DNA of 64,000 nucleotides from positions 419,461-483,460 of the forward strand of contig JAWLBL010000001.1 in NCBI GenBank assembly GCA_041687695.1, in the 5' to 3' direction. Positions 60,393 to 64,000 of the stretch are shown here, piece by piece. The notes below the pieces were generated by a model that was given only the letters and a program-made list of their open reading frames with translations, ran no database searches and was not told the origin of the DNA. The DNA comes from Myxococcota bacterium (GTDB lineage: Bacteria > Myxococcota_A > UBA9042 > PHBI01 > JAWLBL01). The position numbers and the translations under genes are program-made. Each line of letters begins with the position of its first letter. Within the stretch, counting starts at the first letter, position 1.

Positions 60393-61502
60393 ATGCCCAG
60401 GAAGGCGACCCGCGGCCCCATGTCGCGTGAGTCGGGCACACCCGCCGAGGCCCCCGGCCTTCGCCCCATCAGCCACTTCGACGGCGCCCGCGACGCCTCC
60501 ACGCCCATGGACCGCCTGCGCGAGGTGCGCCGTCGCGCCGAGGGCTTCCGCGAAGAGATGCTCGCCGGCCCGCAGGTCCGCAGCTACCGCTCGTTCGGCC
60601 TCGTGCGCGTGCCCTACCCGACGCGCTTCGGCCTGCGCAACGCCTGCAGCGTCCCGACCCCGTACCTGCACATCCTCAACCGGCTGTTCATCATCCAGTT
60701 CGACACGCCCGAAGGGCTCAAGACCCTGCTGGTCTCGCCCTCCGACGCCCAGGGCAACGCCGAGACCCCCTTCTTCAAGCGCCTCGCCGACGGCATGGGC
60801 CCCCTCAAGGGCGTGGGCCGCCGCGTCATCGCCCCCGAGCTGGCCACCGTCGAGCAGTGCCTGGCCCAGGCCGGCGTCCGCCCCGAGCAGGTCGACTACC
60901 TGACCTACGACCACCTGCACACGCAGGATCTCCGAAAGTGGCTCGGCAGCGCGGACCGGCCCGGCCTGTTCCCGAACGCCAAGCTGCTCGTGATGCGCCG
61001 CGAGTGGGACATCGCGCGCGGCCACCTGCCCTGGCTGCGCGACTGGTACCACCCGCGCGGGACCGACGGCGTGCCGCCCGAGCGGGTCGTGCTGCTCGAC
61101 GGCGACGTGATGCTCGGCGACTCGGTGGCGCTGCTGCGCACGCCCGGGCACACCGAGGGCAACCACTCGATCGTCGCCCACACGCCCGAGGGGCTGATGG
61201 TGACCAGCGAGAACGGCATCGCGCCCGAGGCCTACGCCCCGCTGGCGTCCGAGATCCCGGGCGTGCGGCGCTACGCCCTGCAGACCGGGGCCGAGGTGGT
61301 GCTCAACGCCAACACCCTCGAGAACAGCGTCGACCAGTACCTGTCGATGGTGCAGGAGAAGACCATCGCCGGGCCGTCGGTGCGCCACCCCGACTTTCCG
61401 AACGTCGTGTGCTCGTCCGAGCTGACCGGGTACTGGGCGTTCCCGGGGCTGCGGCCGACGTTCGCGTTCGGGGACCTCAGCTTCGGGACGGTGGGGGCAT
61501 GA
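60393..61502 (+). CDS. Metallo-beta-lactamase-fold protein with a variant metal motif
   Basis: GGAGGAG RBS; VDYLTYDHLHTQD, FPNAK....R.EW, TPGHTEGNHS. Confidence 0.8.
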   Translation: MPRKATRGPMSRESGTPAEAPGLRPISHFDGARDASTPMDRLREVRRRAEGFREEMLAGPQVRSYRSFGLVRVPYPTRFGLRNACSVPTPYLHILNRLFIIQFDTPEGLKTLLVSPSDAQGNAETPFFKRLADGMGPLKGVGRRVIAPELATVEQCLAQAGVRPEQVDYLTYDHLHTQDLRKWLGSADRPGLFPNAKLLVMRREWDIARGHLPWLRDWYHPRGTDGVPPERVVLLDGDVMLGDSVALLRTPGHTEGNHSIVAHTPEGLMVTSENGIAPEAYAPLASEIPGVRRYALQTGAEVVLNANTLENSVDQYLSMVQEKTIAGPSVRHPDFPNVVCSSELTGYWAFPGLRPTFAFGDLSFGTVGA

Positions 61503-62329
61503 GCGGGCGCGTCATCGTCGTCACGGGCGCGGCCAGCGGCATCGGGCGGCACCTGGCGGACACGCTGGTGGCGGCGGGCGAGCGGGTCGTCGCGACGGAC
61601 GTCGACGCGGACGGGCTGGACGCGTTCGCGCGGGCCGCCGGGTGGGACGCGCAGCGGGTGGTGACGCGGGCGCTGGACGTGCGGGACGCCGAGGCCTGGG
61701 AGGCGGCGCTGGACGAGGCGACCGGCCGCTGGGGGCACGTGGACGTGCTGCTCAACGTGGCGGGGTACCTCAAGCCGGCGCGGACGCACGAGGCCGCGCT
61801 GAGCGACGTGGATCTGCACCTGGACGTCAACCTGAAGGGGACCATCCTCGGGACGCGGGCCGCGGCGCGGCGGATGGTGCCTCGGCGGCAGGGGCACATC
61901 ATCAACATCGGATCGCTGGCCAGCCTGGCGCCGGTGCCGGGGCTGGGGCTGTACGCGGCGAGCAAGTTCGGGGTGCGCGGGTTCTCGCTGGCGGCCGCGC
62001 AGGAGCTGCGCGAGCACGGGGTCGCCGTGTCGCTGGTGCTGCCCGACGCGGTCCAGACGCCGATGTTGCGCCTGCAAGAGGACTACGAGGAGGCGGCGCT
62101 GACCTTCTCGGGCCCTCGGGCGCTGACGGTGCACGAGCTGGGGCGCCTCATCACGGGACACGTGATGGCGAGGCGCCCGCTGGAGGTGACGCTGCCCGGG
62201 TCGCGGGGGACGCTGGCGAGGCTGGCGGGGCTCGTGCCCGAGGTCGGGCGCCTGCTGGCGCCCGTGCTGCAGCGAAGAGGACGTGCCATGCAGGCGCGAA
62301 GGCGCAAGGGGCGCCCGGTTTCCAAGTGA
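61499..62329 (+). CDS. Short-chain dehydrogenase/reductase
   Basis: TGAASGIG, NVAG, IGSLAS, YAASKFG; ATGA overlap with the upstream gene. Confidence 0.93.
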   Translation: MSGRVIVVTGAASGIGRHLADTLVAAGERVVATDVDADGLDAFARAAGWDAQRVVTRALDVRDAEAWEAALDEATGRWGHVDVLLNVAGYLKPARTHEAALSDVDLHLDVNLKGTILGTRAAARRMVPRRQGHIINIGSLASLAPVPGLGLYAASKFGVRGFSLAAAQELREHGVAVSLVLPDAVQTPMLRLQEDYEEAALTFSGPRALTVHELGRLITGHVMARRPLEVTLPGSRGTLARLAGLVPEVGRLLAPVLQRRGRAMQARRRKGRPVSK

Positions 62330-62340
62330 GTAGGGAGAAG

Positions 62341-64000
62341 ATGATGCGACGATGGGAGAGATGGGCCGGGGCGGCCGCCCTGGTGCTGGCCGCCGCGTGC
62401 GGTGACACGACCGGGAACGGGACACCGATGGTGGACGTGCCGCTGTCGGACGTCGAGGACACCTCGACCGGGGACACGGTCACGGGAGAGATCGAAGAGG
62501 ACGTCGAAGAGGACGTCGGCGAGGACGCGACGCCCGACGTGGTGCCCGACGAGGGGACCCCGGACACGGGTCCGGACACCGAAGCGGACGTCGAGCCCGA
62601 CGTCGAGCCGGACGTCGAGTTGGACACCGCCACCGACGTCGAGCTGGACACCGTCGAGCCCGACGCCGAGCTGGACGTCGAGGCCGACGTCGAGCTGGAC
62701 ACCGTCGAGCCCGATGCCGTGATGGACGTCGAGGGCGACGTCGACCTGGACACCGCCACCGACGTCGACCTGGACACCGCCACCGACGTCGACCTGGACA
62801 CCGCCACGGACGTCGACCTGGACACGACCACGGACGTCGCGGACGCCGGCCCCGACGCCGAAGAGGACACGTTCGTGCCGCCGACCGGCGACGGCGAGAC
62901 GTGCGCCACGGCCATCGTGATCGACCCCGACGCGCTCCCCTGGAGCTTCGCGGGCACGACCGTCGGCATGGCCGACGACTACATGAGCGAGGGCTGCGGC
63001 GGCAGCGATCTCGACGACGGCTCGTTCTACGAGGACGTCGTGTTCGCGTTCACGCCGACCGTGGCGGGCACCTACACCTTCGAGCTGATCGCGCCCAACG
63101 GCGACAGCCCGACCATCCTGTACGCGGCGACCGACTGCGGCGACATCGCCAACACGTGCGTCGGCTGGTCCGACGACATGTACCTGGGCGGCGAGTGGGA
63201 CGTGCCGCTCGAGGCCGGGACCACGTACTACTTCGTGCTCGACGGCTACATGTTCTCCGACTACGGCGACTACGAGCTCATCGTCAATGCGCCGTGCATC
63301 CCGTCCTGCGACGGCAAGGCCTGCGGCGACGACGGCTGCGGCGGGACCTGCGGGGCCTGCGACGAGGGCGACCTGTGCGGCGAGACGTTCCAATGCCAGG
63401 ACGGTGACCTCGTCGCCGGCAACAACTGCGCCAACCCGCTCTTCATCGACGGCGACAACCTGCCGTTCTCGGGCACGGGCAGCACCACCACCGGCAACGC
63501 CACCAACGACTACACCAAGCCGTCCGACGCGTGCGGCCTCAGCAGCACCTTCGGCGCCAGCGCCAACGACCAGGTCTGGACCTTCACCCCGCCGACCACC
63601 GGTCTGTACACGCTCGAGTTGACCCTCGACGGCTTCTGGGACTCGGCCTTCTACGTCGTGACCGACTGCACGGACGTCGCCAACTCCTGCGTCAAGGGCG
63701 CCGACGGCACCAAGATCGAGGCCGTCCTCGAGGGCGGGCTGACCTACTACATCATCGTCGACGGCTACTCGTCGGCCACCGGCAGCTACACCCTCGACGT
63801 GTCGGCCCCCTGCGCGCCGCAGTGCGACGGCCGCGAGTGCGGCAGCGACGGGTGCCAGGGCGTCTGCGGCACCTGCGAGTTCGGCGACATCTGCGACGAC
63901 GGCGTGTGCACCGCGGCCGCCGAGGGTGACACCTGCGGCAGCGCGTTCTTCGTCGACAGCGACAACCTGCCGTTCTCGGCCACGGGCAGCACCACCACCG
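62341..64000 (+). CDS. 3'-truncated Cys-rich lipoprotein with acidic D/V/E linker and repeated extracellular domains
   Basis: MMRRWERWAGAAALVLAAAC; frame open to the window end; 24-bp DVDLDTAT repeats at 62737-62832; G..C..P....LP.S..G.T domains and CDG..CG.DGC.G.CG.C modules. Confidence 0.85.
   Translation, partial: MMRRWERWAGAAALVLAAACGDTTGNGTPMVDVPLSDVEDTSTGDTVTGEIEEDVEEDVGEDATPDVVPDEGTPDTGPDTEADVEPDVEPDVELDTATDVELDTVEPDAELDVEADVELDTVEPDAVMDVEGDVDLDTATDVDLDTATDVDLDTATDVDLDTTTDVADAGPDAEEDTFVPPTGDGETCATAIVIDPDALPWSFAGTTVGMADDYMSEGCGGSDLDDGSFYEDVVFAFTPTVAGTYTFELIAPNGDSPTILYAATDCGDIANTCVGWSDDMYLGGEWDVPLEAGTTYYFVLDGYMFSDYGDYELIVNAPCIPSCDGKACGDDGCGGTCGACDEGDLCGETFQCQDGDLVAGNNCANPLFIDGDNLPFSGTGSTTTGNATNDYTKPSDACGLSSTFGASANDQVWTFTPPTTGLYTLELTLDGFWDSAFYVVTDCTDVANSCVKGADGTKIEAVLEGGLTYYIIVDGYSSATGSYTLDVSAPCAPQCDGRECGSDGCQGVCGTCEFGDICDDGVCTAAAEGDTCGSAFFVDSDNLPFSATGSTTT

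Overview
Very GC-rich bacterial chromosomal window. By inference it is Myxococcota-like: at least 9 lipoproteins (most Cys-rich), three MYXO-CTERM-like sorting tails and sigma54 promoters. About 45 genes are supported. Recognisable genes are phnA-phnY (without phnW), infA followed by a SWIM-SNF2 helicase, pdxJ/LysR, an ECF56/SigG-type sigma with a VOC gene carrying a matching promoter, a PAS kinase, a UbiA/TetR/AurF-like diiron cassette, an HNH endonuclease, a DTW (TapT-like) protein, a TSP3/MYXO-CTERM protein followed by two OmpA-family paralogs, an RlmI-like methyltransferase, VWA, a deoxyhypusine-synthase-like protein with a 2Fe-2S ferredoxin, a CRTAC1/ASPIC protein, DUF389, MBL and SDR. 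No rRNA, intact tRNA, CRISPR array or transposase was found. The most striking non-coding signals are (i) two MITE-like elements (7671-7885, 16635-16819) with terminal inverted repeats, ~12-bp target duplications and inverted copies of a covarying double-hairpin module, (ii) an HNH gene accompanied by a CCGGGACGAC repeat family and a branched palindromic element, and (iii) a 164-bp tandem array built from eight 20-21-bp subunits. All functional calls come from motif recognition by eye, not database searches.
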